DNA of 20,000 nucleotides from Elsinoe ampelina (lineage: Eukaryota): the NCBI GenBank assembly GCA_010093995.1, contig ML992502.1:2218727-2238726 (forward strand). Direction: 5' to 3'. A model generated the notes under the pieces. It did no database searches. It was not told where the DNA came from and worked only from the letters and a program-made list of their open reading frames with translations. Numbering within the stretch: the first letter of the stretch is position 1; the number at the start of each line of letters is the position of its first letter. The position numbers and the translations under genes are program-made. This document shows, one piece after another, positions 10,615-20,000 of the stretch.

Positions 10615-13600
10615 AAGCACGTTTACCCTTAAACACTATTATATATTATTTATTAATCTATTTCGGCCTTAGCTTATCCGTGTAAGAGTCTAGATAGTTA
10701 CGTAGCACGTTAGCTACTCCTTTAAGATTATTAATTAGCTACTAGATAAGATTCTCTAGATAGCTCTTCTAGCTTATATAAGTAACTAGTTTACTATGTA
10801 GTATATATATATTAACTACGTCGTCTACCTTATATTTCTCTTTACTATTAACTTCTATTAGAGGTAGTTCCTTAAAGGCTTAGCCTAGTAGAGGGTTGTT
10901 TAGATACTTAGTAAGTAGATTAGTATAAAACATAGAGTGGATTTGTTATAGCGCAGCTAGTAGATCTAGCTTATATACTAATAGTAACTACTTCTTAAGG
11001 ATCTTATATAGACTAACGTGTTTTAGTAGTAGCTTTAGATTGCTATATAGCTAGAGGTTCTTTGTTAATAACTATACTAAATCGCCTACCTCGAACTCTA
11101 TTAGCTAGCGGTGCTTATTAGCTTATTCTACTATACGTAATTAGGCAATAGTAAGGTTAGCTTTAGCAATAGCTAGCGCTTCTTCTAGTTGTTTAGCAAG
11201 TGCGTAGATGTCGACCTTATTTAGCTTAGCTCTTGTTAATAGTGCGTCGAAAGAGAGTTAAAAGCTTAGCCTTAGCTTATATTCTCTAGTAACCTCGAAT
11301 AGTAATAGCTTAGTACTCTCTAATAGGTTAATATTAGCGGAGAACTCTACTACTAGTAGAATAAGAGTCTAATTACTAAAGTGTGTAGCGTATAAATAGA
11401 TAACTCGCTTAAACTTGCAATTTATAACCTCTAATTAGCTGTCTATCTATAGATGCCCTATAGTAGATAGTTTAATAGTAATCTTTAGGATCTAGTAGAG
11501 TCTCTTCTATACGTCGCTAACGAACTAAGGGCCGCAATCCGAGGTGATACTATCTAGTAGGCTATATAGTTTCTACATATAGAAGAATAATAGCTTAGCT
11601 ATCTTAAATATAGAGGTTTCTTCTTCTCCCTAGAAGTAAGAGATTAAGTGTCGTTCCTTAGATAAGCAATCGATAACATATAGTACTACGTTATAGCTAT
11701 CTACTAGAGGTAGGCTAGTAACGAAGTCTATAGTAATATATTACTAGGGCCTAACTAGAATAGGCAATAGCGATAGAGAGCCGGCTAGTAAGCTATAGTA
11801 AGCCTTTAAGCGCTTATAGTTATAATAGTTAGTAACGAACCTCTTAACGTTAGAATCGCACTTAGGGATATAGAAAGTAGACTTAATTATAGTAGCTATC
11901 TTAGTGGCCCCTTCGTGTGTGTAATTCTTTAATATATAAACTCCTTAGATAACTTTTGTAGCTATAGAGAAAGGCATAATTAATCGGCTAGCGGCGTATA
12001 GTATTTCCTTCTCGATTATAACATTAGTCGACAGTAACTATTTCCTCTTTAGGAAGGCTTCTATTATATAGTAGACGCCGCGAACTGTCTCGAAGTTAAA
12101 GTCTTATAAGTTAGCTTTAGCTACTTCGTTAAAAAGGAGTAAAGGCTCTTCTACGGCAGAGATAGGTACTATATAGGTACCTAGCTCGCGAGCCGAAATA
12201 GGCGGCGAAATAGGTAGCGAAATAGGTGCTAAACTAGATCTTAGTTTAGCTTAGATTAGTAATCTAGCTTAGATACGACCTAGATTTAGTTTGTTAATAA
12301 TGCGCTAATCTAGCACTTTATATAGTAATAGTGTCTAGCGTAGATTAGAGTCTTCCTTCGAACGTAGTACATCTCTATTCCTCCTTATAAGTGCGTCGGC
12401 CTTACTATTAGTAGCGCTAGGCCTATATATAATCTTAAAGTTAAACTACGTAAGGTAGAGAGCCTAGCGTACTTAGTAGCGTAATAGCTTCTAAGTCTTT
12501 ATAAAATACATTAAGGATTAGTAGTTAGTAAGGATATAAATAGCCTTATCGGATTAAGTACTTATAAGCTTAGGGGCCTATTCCTTAAAGGCTTAGACAA
12601 TTACTAATAGCTCCTTATTATAGATTATATAGTTACGTTCGGCTTTGCTTATAGATTTACTAAAGAAGGCAACGGGCTAGAGAATGTTAGAATTGTTATA
12701 TTACGATAGAATCCTAGTAGTAGTAGTATTAGAGGCGTTAGTCTCGATAACTACTTACTTCGAGCAATCGAAGTGCGCTAAGATAGAGACACTTATAATA
12801 GTATACTTTATATAGTTAAACGTAGTAGTGCACTTATTATTCTATAGCGTAGCGTCCCTCTTAAGTAGGTTATTTAATAGCTTAGCGATAGTGCTAAATC
12901 CCTTAATAAAGCAGTAATAGTAGCTATAGAAACTAATAAAGCTTCTTACCTAAGTAGTATTACTAGAGGCTAGTTATTTCTAGGCTTATATAGCTTTAAC
13001 CTTCTTTAGATCTATCTTAACTCTATCTCGACTAATAATAATACTAAGATACTTTACTTCTATTAGGTAGAACTTACTCTTCTTAATATTAGCGTTTAGG
13101 CCTAAATCGTAGAGATGTTAGAGTACTAGCTTAATATACTTAGCGTGCTCTTAGCAAGTGTCGTTAGTATAGATAAGAATGTTATTAAGATAGATTAATA
13201 CGAAGTGCTTAAGTATGTTAACGAAGTTGTAATTTATAAATCTCTACTATACTACGGAGGCGTTAGTAAGGCTAAATAGTATTACTAACTACTTAAAGTT
13301 ACCTATGTATATAGAGAATATAGTAAGGTCTTTACTATCGACAGAGTTATAGAGGCAGTAGAAGGCTTAATAGATATTAATCTTACTAAAATATTTAGCT
13401 TTACTTACGCGCGTAAGTGTTTCTTTAATAAGAGGCAAAGGATAGACGTTTTACTTAGTTACCTTGTTAAGGCCGTAGTAATCGACGCAAAGGTAGAGTC
13501 TACTACTAGGCTTATAAACAAAGAGAATAGGCAAGGAATAGCTAGCTAAGCTTAGCGTAATAAAGCCTTTATTAAGGTACTTACGGATAAATAGCTCTAC

Positions 13601-14710
13601 TATATTAAGCTTCTCTAGTAATAGGCGGCGAAGGAGTTTAGTACGTAGTAGTTTAGCTCTATCCTTAAGTATAATTCGATTGTTAAAATCTAGCCGATAT
13701 AGAGGAAGCATATTAGATTACTCTTTAGAGAAGATATTAGTAAACTTCTATAGCTCTTCTAGGAGAACTACTATAGAGTCTAGTTCTAGCTTAGAAGCTA
13801 TCTAGTAGTAGTCCTTAATATTCTTTACTAAGATTATAAACACCTTATTCTTTTAGTATTTAGCTACTAATACAAAGGCAGCGGCGCTAATAAAAGTAAT
13901 AGTTAGCTCTTCTTACTTAGTGTTACTTACGTAGGTAAGTACGTAGGAGAACTTATATATTAGCTAAGTGCTATAAGAGATTAGCTTAAACTCTTCCTAA
14001 TTTAGCTTAAAGTTCGACCTAAGAGCTAGTAGTCGATATAGTCTAGTTTGTCCTATCTTAGTAGCCGAGCTAGAACCTAGTTCGCGAGTTAAATTAGAAC
14101 TAAACTAGTTCTAAACTAGAGTAGTAGCTTTACTAAGCTAGATTCCTAGATCTAAGCCGGGCTTAGATCTAGATTCTAGCCTTTTAATTAGCTATAGTAG
14201 CTCCTACTTAACGACCGTTAGTAAAAACTCTTCTTTGTATATAACTTAGCTATGCTTATAGTCGATAGTAGCCCTGTTAGCCTTAAGCCATCCGAGGCTA
14301 AGAATAATATTAAATCGGCTAATATCTATAATACGGAAGGTAGTAAGGTTATTTAGCTTACTAGAAATAGTAGTAGTAAAAGGGACACTATTAGTGACTT
14401 ATTCTATCGGAACACTATTGTAAGCCTAAAGCTAAATAGAGCTAGCTAGTGCCACTAGATAGCTAAAACTCTTTAGCTTATTAAGAATGTTATAGTTAAC
14501 TATAGCGCTAATAAGCGCGCTAGTGTTAATAAAGGCTTAAAGTGTAATAGTGTAAGAGTAGTTATAGGGCTCGTAAATAGTAATAGGAGTTATAATAGCG
14601 GGGATATAGTAGCTAACGACGCTATTTAATAACTATATACCTCCGGATCTATCTCGAATTACTCTTGTTTTACTAGAGAATAGAACTTGTCCTCTAGCTA
14701 CTTATTTCTC
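10613..14710 (-). pseudogene. pol relic of element C (PR, RT, RNase H, IN, chromodomain); ends approximate
   Basis: PR AFI(D)T(G)A from 14536. The supplied ORF 13451-13711 is a surviving RT fragment (PILFVYKP..LYLCVDYYGLNKVTK). IYL(D)(D)ILIY at ~13170-13196; IET(D)AS at ~12732-12749; IT(M)DFVT(G)LP at ~11710-11746; SITSD(R)GP(Q)FVS at ~11516-11551; LST.GH(P)(Q)(T)D(G)(Q) at ~11435-11470; chromodomain-like P.IEV(D)(G)(E)EKY(E)VDDV..S(W)K(G)Y at ~10720-10865. Confidence 0.92.
12194..12226. repeat. 3 x 12-bp tandem repeat (CGAAATAGG core) in the RNase H-integrase linker of C
   Basis: CGAAATAGG at 12194, 12206 and 12218; frame-preserving, minus strand reads xPIS repeats. Confidence 0.8.
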
Positions 14711-16050
14711 TAGCTAGATAGGTCGGTAGACTTATAATCTATTTCGGGGTTGAACTAAGGCTAAACTAGATCTAGTTTATAAGCCGAACTAGTATCGACT
14801 TAGTTACTTAATTCGGCTAAGCGATCCTAGAGCTATTATATCTCTTTTATAGCGCTAATACATACGGGATATATAGTAGCGTAAGCGGCCTTCTCTAAGG
14901 CACTAGCTATACACTTAGTAGAGATATAGCTAAGCTTACCGTATATGTAACAGGTAAGTATTAGAGCTAGACAAAAGAGCTATAGAGCTTCTTCGGTAAT
15001 AGAGTAAAAGGTAGCTAGGGCAGTAGGCGCGGAAGTAGAATAAGGTACATAGATTAGTACTATAGTAGCGCGGCTTATAGCTAGGCTAGAGCGTAAGGCC
15101 TAAGTGTGCTTAGTAATAAAGTTACTCTATTAGATATTATAGTTAGTAGCGTAGGCCTTTATAATAAAAGTAAAGAGGTTATTAGTGTCGAAGTTAATAA
15201 GGGCGACGTGTAGTTTATTAGATACCTTCTAACGTAACTAGTAGAGCTATTTGTCCTTAGCAATCTTAGCGCAAAGGGCATACTTATTAAATTCGCTAAT
15301 AAAGAAGTTAAAAGAGATATTACGCTAGAAGAGGCTAGCGAACTAGGCGCGCGTAGTAGCCTTATAGTTAGAGTCTTTAAAGCGCTAGGCTAAGATACTA
15401 AGGGCGGCTTTAACGTTAAGAGTATTATTACTAGCGAAGTCTATAATAAGAGTATATACTTCGCTAGAAAGGCGTAAGTAGAGATAGATAAACTAGGTTA
15501 CCTTAGTAGAGAAATAGTTAGTATTAGCGTGTATCTTGTTCTTTATCTAGTACTTAAAAACCTCGAACTGTTCTAGAGTGCTACTAGAGAAGATAGTAGG
15601 GTCTAGTATCTTTTCGAATAACGTAGTACTACGTATAGAGAGAGCTAGTATAGTACGTTCTATCTCGGCTCTTAGCTAGGCTAGTTCGGCCTTAAGTTTG
15701 CTAATATCTATAAGGTAGCGCGTAGTTTAGACAGTAAGATTGTTAGTAGTGCTATTAGTAGTATTTAGTTCTATTAGAGCGTTATCTAACTAGTTACGTA
15801 GGTCGAGAGCGTCGGTATATACTAAGTTATATATAGTAACCTATTTGTTATAGGTGGACTTAATAAAGGCAAAGGCCTTACGTAGAGTAGTTATCTTATC
15901 TATCTCTTATAGCCTCTTCTTAAGGTTAGTATCGCTAAGGCGGATAAGGTCGTAATAGGCTAACTAGACTAGTTTATTATTGTTATTAGCGAGGAATAGA
16001 GGGATCTTACTTACGTAGTAATTATCTTTACTATAGTTAGAGTAAGCTAT
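14698..16050 (-). pseudogene. gag relic of element C (start and stop inferred)
   Basis: Capsid-like DPTIFS(G)..EQFEVFK..NKIHAN...F...IYLY(S)RLS(G)E at ~15460-15603. Zinc knuckle CYI(C)GKL(G)(H)ISTKC at 14952-14911 in the same frame. Confidence 0.85.
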
Positions 16051-16370
16051 ACTCGGGGTAGTTAGTTATAAATAAAACAGTGTAAAAAGTTAACGTATAA
16101 CAAAGGGAATATTAAAAATTTTTAGCCGGTAGCCTACTTCCTTTAAGAGTCGTCTATAACTCGACTTATTACCTTTTTCTTATATCTTTAAGGTTTATAG
16201 TATTAACTTACATAGTAGTAGCGAGGATCTATTATAGTGTACGTAGGAACTATAGTTATAATAGCTTCTTCTTCGATTCTTTAATTCTTCGTAAGTAATA
16301 GTTAGTAGTTACGTAAGTAGTAGAATAACTAGATAATTTAATAGCTCCGTCGCTTAGTTATAGTTATTCG

Positions 16371-16382
16371 AAGTCTCGATAT
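16371..16382 (-). other. Self-priming type primer-binding site of element C
   Basis: Minus strand ATATCGAGACTT, 2 nt inside the 5' LTR edge, is perfectly complementary to the LTR-internal 12-mer at 10445-10456 (RIP-altered at 16433-16444). Confidence 0.8.
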
Positions 16383-16384
16383 AG

Positions 16385-16588
16385 TAATTACAACTAGTAA
16401 GATAAGAGAGTTAATTACGTCTATTCGTTAAGATATTAAGACTTAAAAGAAGAAGAAGAAAAGCTAGTATATAAAGCATATATAATATCGAGGGCGGAGT
16501 AGCTAGAAGCCCGGGCTACGATGCTAAGATTACATAACTAATCTAAACTATATCCTAACTAAATCTAGTTCGTATCTATCTCGTATTA
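16385..16588 (-). repeat. 5' LTR of element C (204 bp)
   Basis: Direct repeat of 10397-10600, followed by TSD AATCT at 16589-16593. Confidence 0.95.
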
Positions 16589-18094
16589 AATCTCGGAGTT
16601 ATAGGACAATAGCTATAGTAGGCCTAATACAAGATTGTAACTAGTTATATTAACGCTTTTAAACCGCTAGTATAACGCCTATATTGTTCCTTTACTGTCC
16701 TTAATAGTAAAGGCTAACTTAGTATATCTATAGGTAGTTAATTTATGTTTGTCTAAGCTATATACTTAGTATACTACTAGGGGGTTAATAGCAATATAAT
16801 AGCGTATAGCAAAATACTAGCTAATAAAGTTACTATTAGCGCTACTATCTATTAGAGCTACCCCTTCGATAGAGCCTTTAGGTAGGTTAACTACAACGTT
16901 AGTACGAATTTAGTACATATTCTATATTACGCTAGAGCTGCTTAGAATTAGTAAACGTAAGGATACTATCTATTTTAAAGAGTTCTTCTAAGGACAGTTC
17001 GACGCCTAATAGTCTAGGCTCTTATAGATATTATAAGAGTAAGTAGCGCTAGGTCGGGGAGCTATAGGGGTAGCATTAGCGCTACTCTACTAGTCCTTTT
17101 AGCCCTTATAGTCTTCGTTATAGTAAGGCCTTTTAGTAAAAGTATTAGTCTTCTCTCTAGCGTTGCACTTATACTACCTCTATATAGGGTTAGAGTAGCC
17201 CGGTAGGTTCTACTCTAAATAAGATAGATATACTAGAAGTTCTATCTTAATTAGGGGTAGGTTTCCCTAATAGAGTACTTTCGAGCGTAGCTCCGGTATA
17301 GTATAGGTAATAAGCTATATATAGCAGGCGTTGTCCGGGAGTAGTACTATCTTAATATAGAACTCGTAACTATCGAGGAACGTATAGAAATTAGTAATTG
17401 ACTATTCTCTATACTAGCGTAATATAAAGAACTTTACTACGTAGCTATTACTACGGTTTTTAAGACTCTAGGCTTAGTCCTAAAGCTAGAACTATATTAG
17501 GCTCTACGAGGGTATAATACTAGCGCTTTTAGCATATAAGTCCTAATTATAGCTAAGCTAACCTTTTAAGTAGCTAGTAGCTATATAGCACTAAGTAACT
17601 TCTTTAAAGTAGATATTTAGCACTATCTTAAAGACGTTATTATACATGCGTATAAATTCCTTAACTCTTACTATAATAGTAGACTCTAAGGCCTTAGGGT
17701 AGTATAAGTTTAGCATATACTCTCTTACGATTTGTAGGTTTGTTAGGTAAATGTCGTTAAGTTATACATTATCGAAACAACTACGTAGCACTAGCGCTAC
17801 AACTAGAGAGCAACTACTAAGTATATTCTTAAGCTAAGTAATATAAGTAAGAAGCGCTTTATATATAGTATTATTTCCCGTGTTAGCTATGCTTCCTATA
17901 GGAGCTATATTAGCGTAGTATAGTCTTAGTACTAGCTCTTCCCTAGCCTAGTAATCTTTAATAGAAGTTATCTCTAGAGTTATAGCTAATTCGGTAAATG
18001 TCTCGCTAATAGCTAAGCTATTAGAGAGTTGTCTATACTAGTGCTACTCTAGCGGTAGTTAGTCGTTTCGCTAGCGCTAAGTATAGGGTACTAT
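16589..18094 (-). pseudogene. gag and protease relic of copy B
   Basis: Reverse complement of A 1-1350 plus 52 further codons. Inferred start ATA (from ATG) at 18094 is in frame with A frame +1. The last zinc-knuckle Cys codon TGT is retained at ~16995. Confidence 0.88.
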
Positions 18095-18128
18095 CTTGTC
18101 TATATAGCTCTATCTAATAAGATATAAG

Positions 18129-18137
18129 AGAGATTAG
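18129..18137 (-). other. Candidate self-priming PBS of family 1 (copy B)
   Basis: Minus strand CTAATCTCT, 3 nt from the LTR edge, is complementary to AGAGATTAG inside the LTR (plus 18230-18238). Confidence 0.65.
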
Positions 18138-18140
18138 AAT

Positions 18141-18338
18141 TGTAACGAAGGTAGAATATTAGAGCTAGAAAGACAAGTATATAGGAGTAGAACAGGCGTT
18201 ATACTAGTGTACCCTCGATTGTCGTAAGACTAATCTCTGCTTTATCTATTCTATAGGCGAGAAGTGTTTTATTCTTCTATAGAGAATAGTATCTCTAGAG
18301 TAAGCTAGTATAGCGTACTTACTACGTTAGTCCTTACA
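18141..18338 (-). repeat. 5' LTR of copy B (198 bp, intact TGTAA..TTACA termini)
   Basis: Canonical TG..CA ends; reverse complement of 6697-6894. Confidence 0.96.
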
Positions 18339-18633
18339 ATTCTAGAGTAACTAATTACATCTATAATTACACTATAAAGGACAGATATAAGGTTACTAGA
18401 ATTATAGAACCTTATAAGAAGCTATTCTATAGTAATACCTTACTTAGTATTAAGAGTTAGAGAACTATTAATATTATAGCTCTTTACAAAGGAAAGCCTA
18501 TAACTATCTATCTTATAAAAGTAGCCTATATACTATTAATTATAACTAATCTAGTTAGCCTTAGGAGGTTTATTAATAGTAGAGTCTACTAGAATACTTA
18601 AACTATAAAGATTAGCTATAAAGGAAAAGTACT

Positions 18634-18800
18634 NNNNNNNNNNNNNNNNNNNNNNNNNNNNNNNNNNNNNNNNNNNNNNNNNNNNNNNNNNNNNNNNNNN
18701 NNNNNNNNNNNNNNNNNNNNNNNNNNNNNNNNNNNNNNNNNNNNNNNNNNNNNNNNNNNNNNNNNNNNNNNNNNNNNNNNNNNNNNNNNNNNNNNNNNNN
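18634..18800. other. Assembly gap (167 N)
   Basis: Run of N. Both flanks read as the same Copia pol in the same orientation. Confidence 0.99.
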
Positions 18801-19764
18801 NTTAATTACCTTCTAACTACTATAGTTAGTAGTAAACTAACTCTAACTAAGCCTAGTTTAGCTTAACTAATTTATCTTAGGTCTCTATATTAGACTTATA
18901 AGCTATTAAATACTTAGTAGATTATATTAAGGAGCTCTAATACTAAACTTGCTATATTAAAGCTATTTAAGAGAACTACCTTTAATATTATTATTAACAG
19001 ATTTACTAGCTATAATAAGGTAAGATATATAAGCTACTTTACTTATAGGACTACTAACTATTAACTAGTTACTACCTATACTTATAGATATAAGATTCAT
19101 AAAATCTATATTAAGATAATTACTTATATTAAAAGTAATCTTAGCTTTAAAATTAGATTTCTTAGGAGTAATAATAAGAGAGCCTTTAGCCTTAAATTTA
19201 CTATCTTCCTAGATAGTAAAGGAATCTATTATAAGCTATCTACTCCCTATACTTAAGCTTAGAATAGTTATAATAAAAGAATAGGAGCTATACTATTAAG
19301 GAGAGTAAGGGCAATTACTATCTTTACTAATCTACTAAGGGAATTATACTCTAAACTATATAGATTAGTAGCCTATCTAATTAATAGAATACCTCTTAAG
19401 AAGCTAGACTAGAAGACTTCTTTTAAGCTAGTTTATAGATGCTCTCTATTAGTTACTTATCTTAGGCTACTTAGATGTAAAGCTTATACTTTAGATAAGC
19501 TTATTATAAGTAGTAACAAGCTTACACTAAAGGCTTATATTAGCTATCTAGTTAGCTATAACTTAACTAATATCTTTAGGATCTTTATACTAGCCTCTAA
19601 GAAAGTTATTAGAACAAGAGATATTAGATTTAATAAAACTTAGTTCTATAAGCTAGAGGAATAACCTTAGCTAAAACTAATTAGATTACTTAATCTACTA
19701 AGGCTCCTATAGAAGATTAATAAATCTAAAAAAGTATATAAAGTAGAGGGAACAACTAAACTAA

Positions 19765-19860
19765 ATCTAGTTTAGAATCTAGTTTAGTATCTAGTTTAGT
19801 ATCTAGTTTAGAATTTAGTTTAGAATCTAGTTTAGTATCTAGTTTAGCATCTAGTTTAGA
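19765..19860 (+). repeat. 8 x 12-bp tandem repeat ATCTAGTTTAG(A/T/C) in the Copia IN-RT linker
   Basis: Units start at 19765, 19777, 19789, 19801, 19813, 19825, 19837 and 19849. Confidence 0.92.
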
Positions 19861-20000
19861 TACTATCTTAGACTCTAAGTTAGAACAATCTAGATTAAGA
19901 GCTAAGCCTATCTTAGTAGCTAGATAAGGGTTACCCTATTACACTAGATTAGTTACTACCTCTATTAGACTAATTAGATAAGGCTATTCTAGATCTAAAC

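Larger units (their letters stand above)
10397..16588 (-). mobile_element. Full-length Ty3/Gypsy chromovirus element C (family 2, 6192 bp), RIP-inactivated
   Basis: Two 204-bp direct LTRs, a 5-bp TSD, PPT, PBS and gag/PR/RT/RH/IN/chromodomain relics on the minus strand. Its LTR is unrelated to the family 1 LTR. Confidence 0.96.
6895..18338 (-). mobile_element. Ty3/Gypsy chromovirus copy B (family 1), interrupted by element C at 10397-16588 and by copy A at 6894/6895
   Basis: 6895-10396 is the reverse complement of 4847-1346 (coordinate sum 11742 at both ends). 16589-17938 is the reverse complement of 1350-1 (sum 17939 at both ends). The 5' LTR is at 18141-18338. Confidence 0.95.
18339..20000 (+). 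mobile_element. Ty1/Copia LTR retrotransposon pol relic (protease, pre-integrase zinc finger, integrase core, IN C-terminus, IN-RT linker), RIP-inactivated
   Basis: (D)S(G)(A)T(D)(H)I(C)N at 18339-18367; (C)(Q)TC at 18941; KIRFLRS(D)N(E)R at ~19150-19181; STPYT(Q)A(Q)N(G)..(E)R at ~19239-19280; AYLINRIP at ~19371; (H)LRLL(G)CKAY at ~19457-19487; KLx(P)KA(H)I(G)YLV(G)Y(D)(S)TNIFRI at ~19518-19583; KKVIRTRDIRF at ~19598-19631. PR followed directly by IN is the Copia order. Confidence 0.9.

Noticed and set aside
13451..13711. Supplied 86-aa ORF as a standalone gene
   Set aside because: It is a stop-free remnant of the N-terminal RT region of element C.
14146..14172. 27-bp palindrome CTAGATCTAAGCC-G-GGCTTAGATCTAG
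   Set aside because: It lies in a low-complexity PR-RT linker of 6-bp-like repeats. RIP drives CCAG/CTGG toward the self-complementary CTAG, so the symmetry is probably a by-product.
18135..18344. 11-bp inverted repeat TAGAATTGTAA..TTACAATTCTA around the B LTR, suggesting a MITE or TIR element
   Set aside because: The inner 5 bp are the normal LTR termini, the left flank is the PBS region and the right flank is Copia protease coding sequence. The extension is best explained as coincidence.
19765..19860. CRISPR-like or telomeric array
   Set aside because: There are no unique spacers, the unit is not TTAGGG-like, and the context is a eukaryotic retroelement linker.
1..20000. Alternative genetic code or stop-codon reassignment suggested by abundant in-frame TAG/TAA
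   Set aside because: Stops fall at Trp/Gln positions of conserved motifs alongside many Asp>Asn, Gly>Ser, Cys>Tyr and Pro>Leu changes, and sister copies are mutated at different sites. This is what RIP produces.

Overview
Fungal (ascomycete-type) heterochromatic repeat block, heavily mutated by RIP: CA/TG dinucleotides are scarce, TA is in excess, and the stretches of repeat copies I compared by eye differ by C>T/G>A transitions. There are no intact genes. The window is a nest of four LTR retrotransposons. A Ty1/Copia relic (18339-20000, +) was interrupted at its protease active-site codon by Ty3/Gypsy chromovirus copy B (6895-18338, -). B was then hit by a sister copy A of the same family in opposite orientation (1-6894, +; 5' end outside the window). 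B was also hit by a complete element C of a different chromovirus family (10397-16588, -; 204-bp LTRs, AATCT target-site duplication). Both Gypsy families show Tf1-type self-priming PBS complementarity. The most unusual feature is an apparent 4-exon, 3-intron antisense gene (about 240 codons) between pol and the PPT of element A. It has a reconstructed Cys6 zinc-cluster-like motif, a KGKGK patch and an acidic tail. All protein motifs were read by eye after mentally reversing RIP transitions; no searches were run.
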